64,000 nucleotides of DNA from an uncultured bacterium (lineage in GTDB: Bacteria; Hydrogenedentota; Hydrogenedentia; Hydrogenedentales; Hydrogenedentaceae). The DNA lies in the NCBI GenBank assembly GCA_938014335.1, contig CALLRP010000006.1, forward strand, positions 14,226 to 78,225, written 5' to 3'. This document shows positions 9,887-19,331 of the stretch, one piece after another; the first letter of the stretch is position 1; every line of letters starts with the position of its first letter. The notes beneath the pieces were generated by a model. It worked only from the letters and a program-made list of their open reading frames with translations. It was not told the origin of the DNA and made no database searches. Position numbers and translations under genes: made by a program.

Positions 9887-10522
9887 ATGCCGATGGACCC
9901 CCTCGAGATTATGTTTAAAGGTGGAATTTTAATGTGGCCTATTATGCTCTGCTCTGTGATAGGCGTATGTATTATTATAGAGCGTTTTTGGTTTTTACGG
10001 AGGGCTGGGATTGATACAAGCGAGTTTATGGATACAATTCGCCAGGTCCTTCGACAAAATCGTATACAAGATGCAGTTGATATTTGTAATCGTGTGGATG
10101 CTCCCGTAGCACGGATATTAAAAGCAGGAATTCTAAAGTATAAAAAATCGAAGGAAGAAATTCGTGAATCTATAGAAGATGCCGGACAGATGGAAATCCC
10201 TCGTTTGGAGAGGTATTTGTCTGCATTAGCCACATGTGCTAGTATTGCCCCTTTATTAGGGCTTCTTGGGACTGTTCAGGGTATGATAAAATGTTTTGCG
10301 GCGATTCAAAATAAGAGAGGACAAGTTAATCCATCGGATCTCGCGGAAGGTATTTCCAACGCATTAATTACTACTGCTGCTGGACTAACTGTAGCTATAC
10401 CTCTTCTGGTGTTCTATAACTATTTTGTATCCAGAGTGGATAATATGATTGTAGAGATGGAAATAAGTTCTTCAGAATTAGTGGATTTACTTACACGACA
10501 TCAGGGAGACAAGGAGATTTAA
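9887..10522 (+). CDS. exbB: MotA/TolQ/ExbB proton-channel protein.
   Basis: It has three TM segments and the conserved C-terminal region GLLGTVQGMIKCFAAI...ALITTAAGLTVAIP. A GGAG RBS is present. Confidence 0.85.
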   Translation: MPMDPLEIMFKGGILMWPIMLCSVIGVCIIIERFWFLRRAGIDTSEFMDTIRQVLRQNRIQDAVDICNRVDAPVARILKAGILKYKKSKEEIRESIEDAGQMEIPRLERYLSALATCASIAPLLGLLGTVQGMIKCFAAIQNKRGQVNPSDLAEGISNALITTAAGLTVAIPLLVFYNYFVSRVDNMIVEMEISSSELVDLLTRHQGDKEI

Positions 10523-10523
10523 C

Positions 10524-10988
10524 ATGAAATTTAATCGGAAAAAGAATCATAGTAAGTTGGTTAAGGCAACCATAGATTTGACCCCTCTCATTGATGTTGT
10601 ATTCCAATTACTTCTCTTTTTCATGTTAACATCCACTTTTGTGGTTCAGGCATCAATTCCTGTTGAATTATCAAAAAGCGATTCTTCGGAGCAGTTAGAA
10701 CAAAAAGATGCAACCGTAACATTAGCCTATGGTGAAGGTGGACCCGATAATCAGGGTGAGATTTATTATACAGAAGATAATGAAGTCCCTATTAAAAGCT
10801 GGTACGAATTAACGAGGGCAATGGAAAGTTTTTATGAGAGAAGACCCGAAGGACTTTTACTAATTCGTCCTGATCGTCGGGTTCCTACAGAAAGATTAGT
10901 TAAAGTACTTGGAATTGCCAATTCTGTCGGAATTAAGCATTACGGAATTGCAGCAATTCCTTCAACTACTGAAGAAACAACTCAATAA
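10524..10988 (+). CDS. exbD: ExbD/TolR biopolymer transport protein.
   Basis: It has an N-terminal single TM segment (IDLTPLIDVVFQLLLFFMLT) and an ExbD-like periplasmic domain. Its start overlaps the exbB stop. Confidence 0.85.
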   Translation: MKFNRKKNHSKLVKATIDLTPLIDVVFQLLLFFMLTSTFVVQASIPVELSKSDSSEQLEQKDATVTLAYGEGGPDNQGEIYYTEDNEVPIKSWYELTRAMESFYERRPEGLLLIRPDRRVPTERLVKVLGIANSVGIKHYGIAAIPSTTEETTQ

Positions 10989-11004
10989 CAAACGGATTAA
11001 GAAA

Positions 11005-11988
11005 ATGAAAAGGCGCACGCGGAAATCCGTGCGCAAGCACGCCAAAAATTATGAGATGGAAAAAGATATTCAGGAGCCCCCTGATTTTTCTAAAATCTCG
11101 GAAGCTTTATCTTTGCCCCAAATGGGAGAAGAATCCTTTCAATATGCTATTTCTACAAGTCCCCAAGGGGATTTGCTAGTCCAATTAAAGAAGGACCGCA
11201 ATCGTTTTTTTAAAACAATCATTTTTGCTCTTCTTCTTCACCTTTCTGCAGTTACTCTTTTCAAAATTGTAGTTTATATTCCTCGTTCTGACCTCCAATA
11301 TCTCGATATTCGCGTTGTTCAAGCAGATATAGATGAAAGTTATAGGCCTACTTTAATCTCGCGATTAAGATTATCAGAAAATTTAGGAAGTGATGATGTC
11401 CTTAATATAAATGAATTAAAACAATCAAGCAGTTTTGAGCTCCCTAAAATCGAGTTTGAAGAATTAGAAAAGTTGAGACTTCGTAGAACATTGGTTGAAG
11501 AAGAAACGATTCCTACTCCTTTATCGGAAGAATACAAGGATAGTTGGGCACAGTTCGGTGCAGGTATTAATCGAATTAGAGAATCTATAAGCGCATTAAG
11601 TCCTTTTGCACCAGCAACAGGAATAAAAGAGAAACAGTCAAACGATAATTCGGGTGCTCCACTGATAAAACAAAACATTGGAAATGGTATAGAAATTATT
11701 TTCCGTTGGATAAATCCTCCGTATGACAGGACCGTTTTGTTTTTCCCAGGTCTATTAGAAATGTCAAGGAAGTCTATGGTAGATGAAGATAAAGATTATG
11801 ATTTTATGTTAACAGTATTATCTGATGGGACTGTTACAAGAGTAATAGACTTGAATATAATTGAGGATGAAATATCAAAGTATATAGAAGAAGAAATGAG
11901 TAAAATTCGATTTGAACCCTTGATCAATCCTGATATTGGGGAACAACAAGTAACAATTCGCTATCGCATATCAAAGGCTTTGTTATGA
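11005..11988 (+). CDS. TonB-family energy transducer-like protein. The start is reassigned to the ATG at 11005; the ORF-track start at 10909 overlaps exbD.
   Basis: It has a basic cytoplasmic N-terminus (MKRRTRKSVRKH) and a single TM segment (IIFALLLHLSAVTLFKIVVYI). The C-terminal domain ends in a ...SKIRFEPL motif, like the TonB C-terminal KWRFEP. Its position right after exbBD supports the call. Confidence 0.55.
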   Translation: MKRRTRKSVRKHAKNYEMEKDIQEPPDFSKISEALSLPQMGEESFQYAISTSPQGDLLVQLKKDRNRFFKTIIFALLLHLSAVTLFKIVVYIPRSDLQYLDIRVVQADIDESYRPTLISRLRLSENLGSDDVLNINELKQSSSFELPKIEFEELEKLRLRRTLVEEETIPTPLSEEYKDSWAQFGAGINRIRESISALSPFAPATGIKEKQSNDNSGAPLIKQNIGNGIEIIFRWINPPYDRTVLFFPGLLEMSRKSMVDEDKDYDFMLTVLSDGTVTRVIDLNIIEDEISKYIEEEMSKIRFEPLINPDIGEQQVTIRYRISKALL

Positions 11989-12326
11989 TCGAAATATCCA
12001 TAACAGAAGCATTCGTTATTTATTCGTTTATAATTGCGCTTTCTGGTATTATTCTGTGGGGATTATCTGAAGTGGGGACACGACGAATCTATACCGCATT
12101 TAAAAACCAAAATGTTTGGGAGTGTAAATATTGTGCTTTTGTATATCTTGACACAGAAGCAGAAGAAATATCTCAATGTCCTCGTTGTTATAGTTTTAAT
12201 ATTATTTCGACTGCTAATAATATTATGCAAGATGAAAGCAAAGAGGAAAATATAGAACCTCGTCGAAATCCCTCCCACAAAAAACACCCACATGCACGCC
12301 ATCGGGGTCCCCGGAAAAGAAGGTAA
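11985..12326 (+). CDS. Small membrane protein with a rubredoxin-like zinc ribbon (113 aa). Hypothetical.
   Basis: It has an N-terminal TM helix and a CKYC...CPRC four-cysteine ribbon. The C-terminal tail is basic. Its ATG overlaps the TGA of the upstream gene (ATGA coupling). Confidence 0.5.
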   Translation: MIEISITEAFVIYSFIIALSGIILWGLSEVGTRRIYTAFKNQNVWECKYCAFVYLDTEAEEISQCPRCYSFNIISTANNIMQDESKEENIEPRRNPSHKKHPHARHRGPRKRR

Positions 12327-12337
12327 AGGTTTTATTT

Positions 12338-13303
12338 TTATTTAGATGAGAAAAAATTAATTAGTTTTTGCAACAGTGAAAATTTCTTTTCGGGAGATAC
12401 AATTATCATTCTTTCGTGATGAAGCATGTCTTTATGCTCTAATTCCCCAATGATTCGAATGGCAACAGCAGTAATATTGTCAGGGGCTCCCTCTTCAATG
12501 GCCTTATCGACAAGGAAATTTAATCCCTCAGTCAGTTTTTGAGATGATAGTCCTTGTTGGATTTGTTCATCTGTTATCATATTACTCAAGCCATCTGAGC
12601 AGAGAAGAAGGGTATCACCTGTTTTTATTGAAAAAGCATATAAATCGGTCTCAACGATTTCTTTAATTCCTAAAGCTCTTGTTATAAGATTTTTTAACAT
12701 GTGGTTTCGAGCTTCTTCCTCATTAATTAAACCTTCTTTTAACTGCTCTGCCACAATTGAGTGGTCCTCGGTTACTTGTTTTACAGGATAATCATTTCTG
12801 TAAAGGTAAATGCGACTGTCTCCAACCTGAGCGACATATCCAACATCTCCATGAATAACTAATGCAGACAAAGTTGTCCCCATTCCAAAATAAGAGGGAT
12901 CATTTTCACTCAAATTAAAAATATCACTATTAATTTTTTGGATAGCATTTAGTAATATATCTGGAATATGGTTCCCTTCCGATTGAAAATAATAATCAGT
13001 TAGATATGATACAGCCATTTTACTAGCATGTTCTCCAGCTACAGCACCACCCATCCCATCCGCAACAGCAGTTAATATCCCTAATCGTTCCTGATAATTA
13101 TTATCTCTCGCCTTTGAGAAAAGACAATGATCCTCATTATTTGTTCTACGATTCCCAATATCGGAAATCATGCAGACTTCGATAATTTCATTTGTATAAT
13201 CATAGATATATCTTTTTTCACTTTGGGGACCAATTTCTTTCAGAATATTTGTCTGGGGTTCACACACAGGTTTTTCCTTGTTTCTTCTTCTTTTCATATC
13301 CAT
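12338..13303 (-). CDS. PP2C-family Ser/Thr protein phosphatase.
   Basis: Metal-binding motifs are present: ...AVADGMGGAVAGEHAS... and the C-terminal CSDGL. It is 321 aa. Confidence 0.85.
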   Translation of the reverse strand: MDMKRRRNKEKPVCEPQTNILKEIGPQSEKRYIYDYTNEIIEVCMISDIGNRRTNNEDHCLFSKARDNNYQERLGILTAVADGMGGAVAGEHASKMAVSYLTDYYFQSEGNHIPDILLNAIQKINSDIFNLSENDPSYFGMGTTLSALVIHGDVGYVAQVGDSRIYLYRNDYPVKQVTEDHSIVAEQLKEGLINEEEARNHMLKNLITRALGIKEIVETDLYAFSIKTGDTLLLCSDGLSNMITDEQIQQGLSSQKLTEGLNFLVDKAIEEGAPDNITAVAIRIIGELEHKDMLHHERMIIVSPEKKFSLLQKLINFFSSK

Positions 13304-13317
13304 ATTTTATCATGATT

Positions 13318-14307
13318 TTAACTATTCCGACTATTAAATTTTGTCCTATTTTCATCAGGGAAACCCGAAGTCCGTGCACAAATATATAAAGGTCGCTGCT
13401 TCACTTCATCATAAATTCGGGCAATATATTCACCTAAAAGAGCTATCCCTACTAAATTTATCCCCCCAAAAAAAGAAATGGAAATAAGTTGAGATGCCCA
13501 TGCTGTTACTGCAAGTCCCGTTATCCATTTATGATAAAGGGCAAATATAATTAATCCGAAACAGAGTAATAAACTCCCTATGCCGGCAAATCGGAAGAAA
13601 AATAAGGGTACATAGGAAAAGGAAAAAAACGCATTCATGGCAAGTGTCCATAAACCGCGGAATCCCACGCGAGGTTTTGAATCATAACGAGCTCTTCTTT
13701 CAACCACAACGCCTGTTTGTTTAAAACCGACCCATCCTCGAAGTCCTGGAATGTAACGGTTTCGTTCCGGGCATGATTTAATGGCTTCAATTACCTTTCG
13801 GTCAATCAAAGCAAAATTCCCAGCATCGAGTGGGAGTGATATTTGAGCACTAAATGATAATAGACGATAAAAAAACCATGAACAAAAACGAAAAAGAAAA
13901 CCTTCTTTTCGTTGAGCTCTGGTTGCGAAAATTACATCATATCCATTTTCCCATAGTTCCATAAATTTAGAAAAACATCGAGGGTCATCTTGACCATCGG
14001 AATCCATAATTATTGCACAATTTCCAGAAGCAAAATGTAAACCGGCAGTTATGGCAGATGCTTGGCCAAAATTTCTGGCTAAATGAACAGCGAAAATAAG
14101 ACCGGGGTATGTCTCTGTTAAATAATCCAAATGCTTTTCGGTCTCATCTGTACTCCCATCATTTACAAGGATTATTTCACTCCTTTTTGTTATGCCTAAT
14201 TCACTTAAAACTTCGATAATCTCCGATACAAAATCTTTAATATACGAACCTTCATTAAATACAGGGGCTATAATGGATAATTTGAAATTTAAAGGTCTGG
14301 TTTCCAT
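13318..14307 (-). CDS. GT2 polyprenyl-phosphate sugar synthase (GtrB/ArnC/DPM1-like) with a C-terminal membrane anchor.
   Basis: The GT-A signature is SIIAPVFNEG...VNDGSTDET with a DSDGQDD-type DxD motif. Two C-terminal TM helices follow. It is 329 aa. Confidence 0.85.
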   Translation of the reverse strand: METRPLNFKLSIIAPVFNEGSYIKDFVSEIIEVLSELGITKRSEIILVNDGSTDETEKHLDYLTETYPGLIFAVHLARNFGQASAITAGLHFASGNCAIIMDSDGQDDPRCFSKFMELWENGYDVIFATRAQRKEGFLFRFCSWFFYRLLSFSAQISLPLDAGNFALIDRKVIEAIKSCPERNRYIPGLRGWVGFKQTGVVVERRARYDSKPRVGFRGLWTLAMNAFFSFSYVPLFFFRFAGIGSLLLCFGLIIFALYHKWITGLAVTAWASQLISISFFGGINLVGIALLGEYIARIYDEVKQRPLYICARTSGFPDENRTKFNSRNS

Positions 14308-14309
14308 TT

Positions 14310-15161
14310 TTATGTAATAGATGGTGTATTCACAAATATTTTTATTATCATTTCGACAGGATTTATTCCTATTAGCAGCTGAATACCTATTATAATGGTT
14401 AATATCATGATAACAAAATTAAAGGTATGTTCTGAAATTTTATTATGAAGCCAAACCCCCAAAAAAGAGCCTATAGGAATAAAAGGAATTAAAAAAACAT
14501 CCAACTTAAGCACAGACCAATCTACTAATCCGACACCAATATAAAAAGGCAACTTTGTAATATTAATGAGTGTAAAAGTCCAAGCTACAGTTCCAACAAA
14601 CATGGTTTTGCCTAAATTTTTAGAAAAAAGGAACAAACTTACAATGGGACCTGCAGCATGAGCAAGGGTTGAGGTAATCCCTGCTAAAATACCTGCAACA
14701 ATTCCAACTCGCATACCAAAACTTTTGTTTTCCACCCATTTCATAGAAAACTCTTTGAGCCAGATATATAATGCAAAGATGATAGCAAAGACTCCAACAA
14801 ATTGCTTCAATGGTTTTTCGTATTCTTTGACTCCATTTTCTCCCATGTACCACCACATGAGTGAACCTATAAGAATTCCAATAATTGCAGGAATATAAAT
14901 TTCCATTATAGGTTTCCATATTTTATTTTTTCTATGAATATATACAGCATTCAAATCACATAAAATTAATATAGGAAGTAGCGTTGCTGCGACCTTATCC
15001 GGTGGCATAACTAACATCATGAGAGGTACAGAAATAATTCCCGCCCCCCCTGCAAAACCTGATTTGCTAATTCCTTGAATCAAAACACCGATTGCAACAA
15101 AAATCCAGAACAAAACCACAGGAATATCAGGAAGAGCATAAGAAGCCCCAATATTTGTCAT
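14310..15161 (-). CDS. TSUP (TauE/SafE) family anion-exporter membrane protein.
   Basis: It has about 8 TM segments with duplicated Gly-rich 4-TM halves (GAGGGI..., GIVAGILAG...). It starts 2 nt after the end of the GT2 gene. Confidence 0.7.
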   Translation of the reverse strand: MTNIGASYALPDIPVVLFWIFVAIGVLIQGISKSGFAGGAGIISVPLMMLVMPPDKVAATLLPILILCDLNAVYIHRKNKIWKPIMEIYIPAIIGILIGSLMWWYMGENGVKEYEKPLKQFVGVFAIIFALYIWLKEFSMKWVENKSFGMRVGIVAGILAGITSTLAHAAGPIVSLFLFSKNLGKTMFVGTVAWTFTLINITKLPFYIGVGLVDWSVLKLDVFLIPFIPIGSFLGVWLHNKISEHTFNFVIMILTIIIGIQLLIGINPVEMIIKIFVNTPSIT

Positions 15162-15366
15162 AGTTAGATATAAGTCCTATTAAAATTCAAGTTTTTAGTC
15201 TCAAATATGGTGACAAATAATTAATAATAAAGCATGATTATATAACATTCATGAAAATAAATTAACAAAATATGGTGAGTCGGATTCGAACATCAATTTG
15301 CTTATAGCATTATTTTTCAGTATTATGTTTTTAACATAATTATAGAATTTAATAAGGAGATGTTCT

Positions 15367-16899
15367 ATGCTTAACTTGGGTTATGTCTTGGAAGAAACCG
15401 CAAAAACATATCCAAATATTACAGCTATTATTTTAGATGCGATAAAAATGAGTTATGAACAATTGAATAAATACTCCAATAGAATAGCAAATATTTTGAA
15501 GAAAAAAGGGCTGAAAAAAGGAGATAAAGTTGCAGTAATGATTCCAAATGTTCCCTATTTTCCTATGGTATATTATGGAATTTTGAAAGCAGGAGGGGTA
15601 GTGGTTCCTGTAAATGTGTTATATCAAAAGATGGAAATCGAACATTATATCCGAGATTCCGAAGCCGTTGTTTTTTTTGTTTATCATGGTTGTTCTGAAG
15701 AGGCAGTTAAGGCTTTTCAATCCGTAGATTCATGCAAGCATCTTATCATAATACCTCCTATGGATAATCTGGGAGACTTAGAAGTGGGTGAGAATTTTAA
15801 TAAATTAGTTATGGAATCCAGCGATGAATTTGATGTGGTGCAAACCATGCCCGATGATACAGCCGTTATTTTATACACATCAGGCACAACAGGAGCACCT
15901 AAAGGGGCAGAATTAACACACTTCAATATGTTTTTCAATGCTTATTATGCATCTCATGAAATTGTCCGTGTAAAGCCGGGCATGGTCGCATTAGTAGTTT
16001 TACCTTTATTCCATTCTTTTGGGCAAACTTGTGTAATGAATGCTTGCATTATGCGAGGGGGAACAATGTCAATGTTACCCCGTTTTGAAACCCAAAAAGC
16101 AATGGAAGTTATATCACGAGATCGTGTTAATGTCCTTGCAATGGTTCCGACTATGTATGCATTTATTTTAAATGCTCCTAACTGGCCAGATTACGATTTT
16201 TCCTGTGTAACTCTGGCGGTATCTGGGGGCGCCGCTTTGCCCGCGGATATACATCAAAGATTTCAAGAGAGATATGGTATTACAATTCTTGAAGGCTACG
16301 GTCTATCCGAAACAAGTCCTGTTGCATCTTTTACGGTGTTAGGAGAAGAAGTTCGCATAGGTTCTATTGGTAAACCTATCTGGGGAGTAGATATGCGTAT
16401 TATGAGAGATGATGGAACATTTGCTGAACCAGATGAAATAGGAGAAATTGTAATCCGTGGACATAATGTTATGAAAGGATATTATAAACGTCCTGAAGCC
16501 ACTGCGGAAGTAATGCTTAATGATTGGTTCCATACAGGAGATATGGGACGAATAGATAAAGATGGATATTTCTATATAGTTGACCGCAAAAAAGAACTGA
16601 TTATTCGTGGAGGTATGAATATATATCCAAGAGAGATTGAAGAAGTTTTGTATACACATCCCAAAGTTTTGGAGGCGGCTGTAGTTGGCATACCGGATAA
16701 ATTGCGGGGAGAAGAAGTTCGTGTTTATGTAGCACCCAAAGAAGGCGAAGAAATTCATCCTGAAGAAATTATGCAGTTTTTACAAGAAAAAATCGCCAAG
16801 TTCAAATGGCCTAAAGATGTAGTTGTATTACCTCAATTACCTAAAGGTCCCACCGGTAAAATCTTAAAACGACAATTGAGAAGTATGCCCATCGTTTAA
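15367..16899 (+). CDS. AMP-forming long-chain-fatty-acid--CoA ligase.
   Basis: The AMP-binding motif is YTSGTTGAPKGAELTH, and the C-terminal region GDMGRIDKDGYFYIVDRKKELI is conserved. An RBS, AAGGAG, is present. Confidence 0.9.
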   Translation: MLNLGYVLEETAKTYPNITAIILDAIKMSYEQLNKYSNRIANILKKKGLKKGDKVAVMIPNVPYFPMVYYGILKAGGVVVPVNVLYQKMEIEHYIRDSEAVVFFVYHGCSEEAVKAFQSVDSCKHLIIIPPMDNLGDLEVGENFNKLVMESSDEFDVVQTMPDDTAVILYTSGTTGAPKGAELTHFNMFFNAYYASHEIVRVKPGMVALVVLPLFHSFGQTCVMNACIMRGGTMSMLPRFETQKAMEVISRDRVNVLAMVPTMYAFILNAPNWPDYDFSCVTLAVSGGAALPADIHQRFQERYGITILEGYGLSETSPVASFTVLGEEVRIGSIGKPIWGVDMRIMRDDGTFAEPDEIGEIVIRGHNVMKGYYKRPEATAEVMLNDWFHTGDMGRIDKDGYFYIVDRKKELIIRGGMNIYPREIEEVLYTHPKVLEAAVVGIPDKLRGEEVRVYVAPKEGEEIHPEEIMQFLQEKIAKFKWPKDVVVLPQLPKGPTGKILKRQLRSMPIV

Positions 16900-17181
16900 G
16901 AATTTAAAAAAAATTCTACAGAAATATTAATCGTATTATTTTTTGTTTCTATATGTTTATATATATAATTTTATCTTATATCTTCCATAAGTTTTTCTTA
17001 TATTTACTTTTATACAAATTTGCGAAAATTAATGATTATTTGTAATAAAAGCGTATTTTTCATAACTCATTAAATTTCAAACACATAAAAAGAATGAGTT
17101 ATCTTTTGTTGAATTAATGAAAAAAATGAATATAAATAAAATAATAATTTTATATGTAAATAAAAATATTCAATGAAAAGT

Positions 17182-17211
17182 ATAAATTATGTTGACAAAT
17201 AGTATCTATAT
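17182..17211 (+). promoter_or_regulatory. Putative sigma-70-type promoter (TTGACA, 18 nt, TATAAA) upstream of the small basic-protein gene.
   Basis: The elements read ttgaca-aatagtatctatatgtag-tataaa, about 95 nt upstream of ATG 17306. The 5'UTR contains an inverted repeat, aagttgt...acaactt. Confidence 0.4.
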
Positions 17212-17305
17212 GTAGTATAAATATTATTGGTATACCACAATATAAAAGTTGTGTATGCCCTGTGTATCTTACAACTTATGTAAACTAATAAAAAGGAGAA
17301 TGGAA

Positions 17306-17401
17306 ATGGCTACAGCAAAAAAGGCCGCTGCAAAGAAGGCTCCTGCGAAGAAAGCCGCCGCAAAGAAGGCTCCTGCAAAGAAAACAGCAGGCAAAAAGTA
17401 A
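17306..17401 (+). CDS. Small Ala/Lys-rich basic protein (31 aa; 33 aa if it starts at ATG 17300), histone H1/Hc1-like. It is below the ORF-track length cutoff and so is not in the track.
   Basis: The translation is MATAKKAAAKKAPAKKAAAKKAPAKKTAGKK. An AAGGAG RBS lies 7 nt upstream. A strong terminator follows immediately. It is an isolated transcription unit inside a 400-bp AT-rich intergenic region. Confidence 0.6.
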   Translation: MATAKKAAAKKAPAKKAAAKKAPAKKTAGKK

Positions 17402-17430
17402 AGTAGGACAATAATTGCCACTCTTTTCAA

Positions 17431-17467
17431 GTACAGGTCACATTTTTATGTGACCTGTACTTTTTTT
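17431..17467 (+). terminator. Rho-independent terminator.
   Basis: gtacaggtcacat-tttt-atgtgacctgtac forms a 13-bp perfect stem and is followed by TTTTTTT. Confidence 0.8.
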
Positions 17468-17565
17468 GTATGTAGTCATTTTTTGATTGAAATTTGAGTC
17501 AATAAAAAGTCTTTTCGTAAGATTAAGAGTATTTTCGATAATATTTAATAAAAAGGAAAATTTTA

Positions 17566-18428
17566 TGAAACATTCCCTTTGTCTTTTTATGTGTTTAATA
17601 ATTGCTTCTAATATTATTTTAATCTCTAAGCCAGGTTATGCCGAAGACACTATTAAAGTAATGACTTTTAATCTCCGATATGGAACTGCTATGGATGGTC
17701 CTAATCATTGGAATAAGAGAAAAGATATTCTTGTAGAAGTTATAAAGATGTATGACCCTGATTTATTAGGGACTCAAGAATGTCTTGATTTCCAAGCCCG
17801 ATATATAGCAGAACAAATCCCGTCTTATTCTTATGTGGGAAGAGGGAGAGAAAAAGATGGTTCCAGTGAACAGACCGCCGTATTTTATAAGAAAGATTTA
17901 TGGGAAGTTTTAGATACAAAATATTTCTGGATTTCAGAAACCCCCGAAGAACCGGGCTCCAAATCATGGGATACTGTTTGCACGAGAATTGTCACATGGT
18001 TGAAATTAAAATATAAACCATCAGGTAAAGAGGTTCTTTATATTAACACGCATTTAGACCATAAAGGTGAAATTGCCCGTCAAAAAGGGGCGGAGATGAT
18101 ATGTGAAAGAATTAAAAAAGATGGAGACAACGTACCTGTTATCATCACAGGCGATTTTAATGCTGTAGGTGAGAAATCAGAAGCATGGAAAATTTTTATA
18201 AATAATGGTTTTAATGATTCATGGTTAAAAGCAAATGAAAAAGTAGGTCCACTAACGACATGGTGTGGATTTAAAGACCCCGATATGAGTTCAGATACTC
18301 GTATAGATTGGATTTTATATCAAGGACCTTTACATCCGTTAAAATCGGAGACTATTATTTACAATAAAGAAGGAAAATATCCTTCTGACCATTTCCCCGT
18401 AATAACTGTTTTCAAATGGGGCTTATAG
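17566..18428 (+). CDS. Secreted endonuclease/exonuclease/phosphatase (EEP) family protein. The start is moved to the ATG at 17566.
   Basis: It has a signal peptide (MKHSLCLFMCLIIASNIILISKPGYA). EEP motifs are present: ...FNLRYG..., TGDFNA, and the C-terminal SDHFPV. An RBS, AAAGGAAA, lies before 17566. Confidence 0.8.
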
Positions 18429-18499
18429 TTGTTATATAATTACACATCTTTTCTACCCTTCTATATTTATACACTAAATTAAACTTTTAAAAATATTTT

Positions 18500-19297
18500 T
18501 TGGGAGAAAAAGTTGTGCCAATAGTTAAAGTAGTTACATTTGATTTATGGGATTGTCTTTTTATTGATGACAGCGATGAACCCAAACGAGCAAAGGCAGG
18601 ATTACCCAGTAAAAAAGTTGCACGACGAGAAATTCTTCATAAAGCATTATCAAAAATATCACCTATTGACCGTGCAATTGTTGATATTGCTTTTGATGTA
18701 GTTGATGCTGCCTTTCGGAAGGTATGGCATGACCAACTCATGACCTGGATAGTGGCAGAAAGGCTCTCTGTTTTATTAGAAGGGTTGGGTCGTTCCCTTC
18801 CAAAAGAAGTTTTTGATGAGATAGTCAAATCATACGAGGATATGGAAATTCAATATATGCCTGACCCTGTTCCTGGTGCGGTAGATGCATTAAAAGAATT
18901 GAGTAAACAATATAAGTTAGCCATTATTTCCGATGCTATTTTTACACCGGGAAGGAATTTGAGAATCCTATTAAAAGAAGCAGGAATGTATCCTTACTTT
19001 GATTACTTTGTTTTTTCAGATGAAATAGGAGTGTCCAAACCCCATCCTGCAGTTTTTGAATCAGTTGCCCGATATTTCAATATTGAACTCCAAAATATCG
19101 TCCATGTAGGAGATCGTCCACATAATGATATATTAGGTCCACAGGCTGTAGGGGCAAGAGCTGTACTTTTAACCACAGCAAAAGAAAGGCCGTTAGATGG
19201 GACCTGTCCAGATGCAATTTGCAAAAAATATGAAGATTTACCACGAATTATTCAAGAATTAGATACAGAAAATGAATCTGTGTTTTATAGTAAATAA
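18500..19297 (+). CDS. HAD-superfamily hydrolase.
   Basis: HAD motif I is VTFDLWDCLF (DxD). A later ...VGDRPHNDI... motif is also present. The start codon is uncertain (TTG/GTG region 18500-18517). Confidence 0.75.
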   Translation: MGEKVVPIVKVVTFDLWDCLFIDDSDEPKRAKAGLPSKKVARREILHKALSKISPIDRAIVDIAFDVVDAAFRKVWHDQLMTWIVAERLSVLLEGLGRSLPKEVFDEIVKSYEDMEIQYMPDPVPGAVDALKELSKQYKLAIISDAIFTPGRNLRILLKEAGMYPYFDYFVFSDEIGVSKPHPAVFESVARYFNIELQNIVHVGDRPHNDILGPQAVGARAVLLTTAKERPLDGTCPDAICKKYEDLPRIIQELDTENESVFYSK

Positions 19298-19331
19298 TTA
19301 CAAATAATCAAGTAGTAAAGGAGTATCATAT

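Noticed and set aside
10909-11004. N-terminal extension of the TonB-like ORF, overlapping exbD by 80 nt.
   Set aside because: The overlap is in a different frame. An in-frame ATG at 11005, just after the exbD stop, gives a typical basic N-terminus.
15262-15350. tRNA-like fragment: the motif ggattcgaac (reverse complement of GTTCGAATCC) preceded by tgg (= CCA) on the minus strand.
   Set aside because: After I reverse-complemented the region, the sequences flanking the putative T-loop do not pair into a T-stem, acceptor stem or anticodon arm. This is a chance match inside the divergent promoter region between the TauE and acyl-CoA-ligase genes.
17487-17565. A 5' extension of the EEP nuclease ORF (MKFESIKSLFVRLRV...).
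   Set aside because: It would place 26 residues before the signal peptide, and it overlaps the terminator region of the upstream small gene. The ATG at 17566 has a proper RBS.
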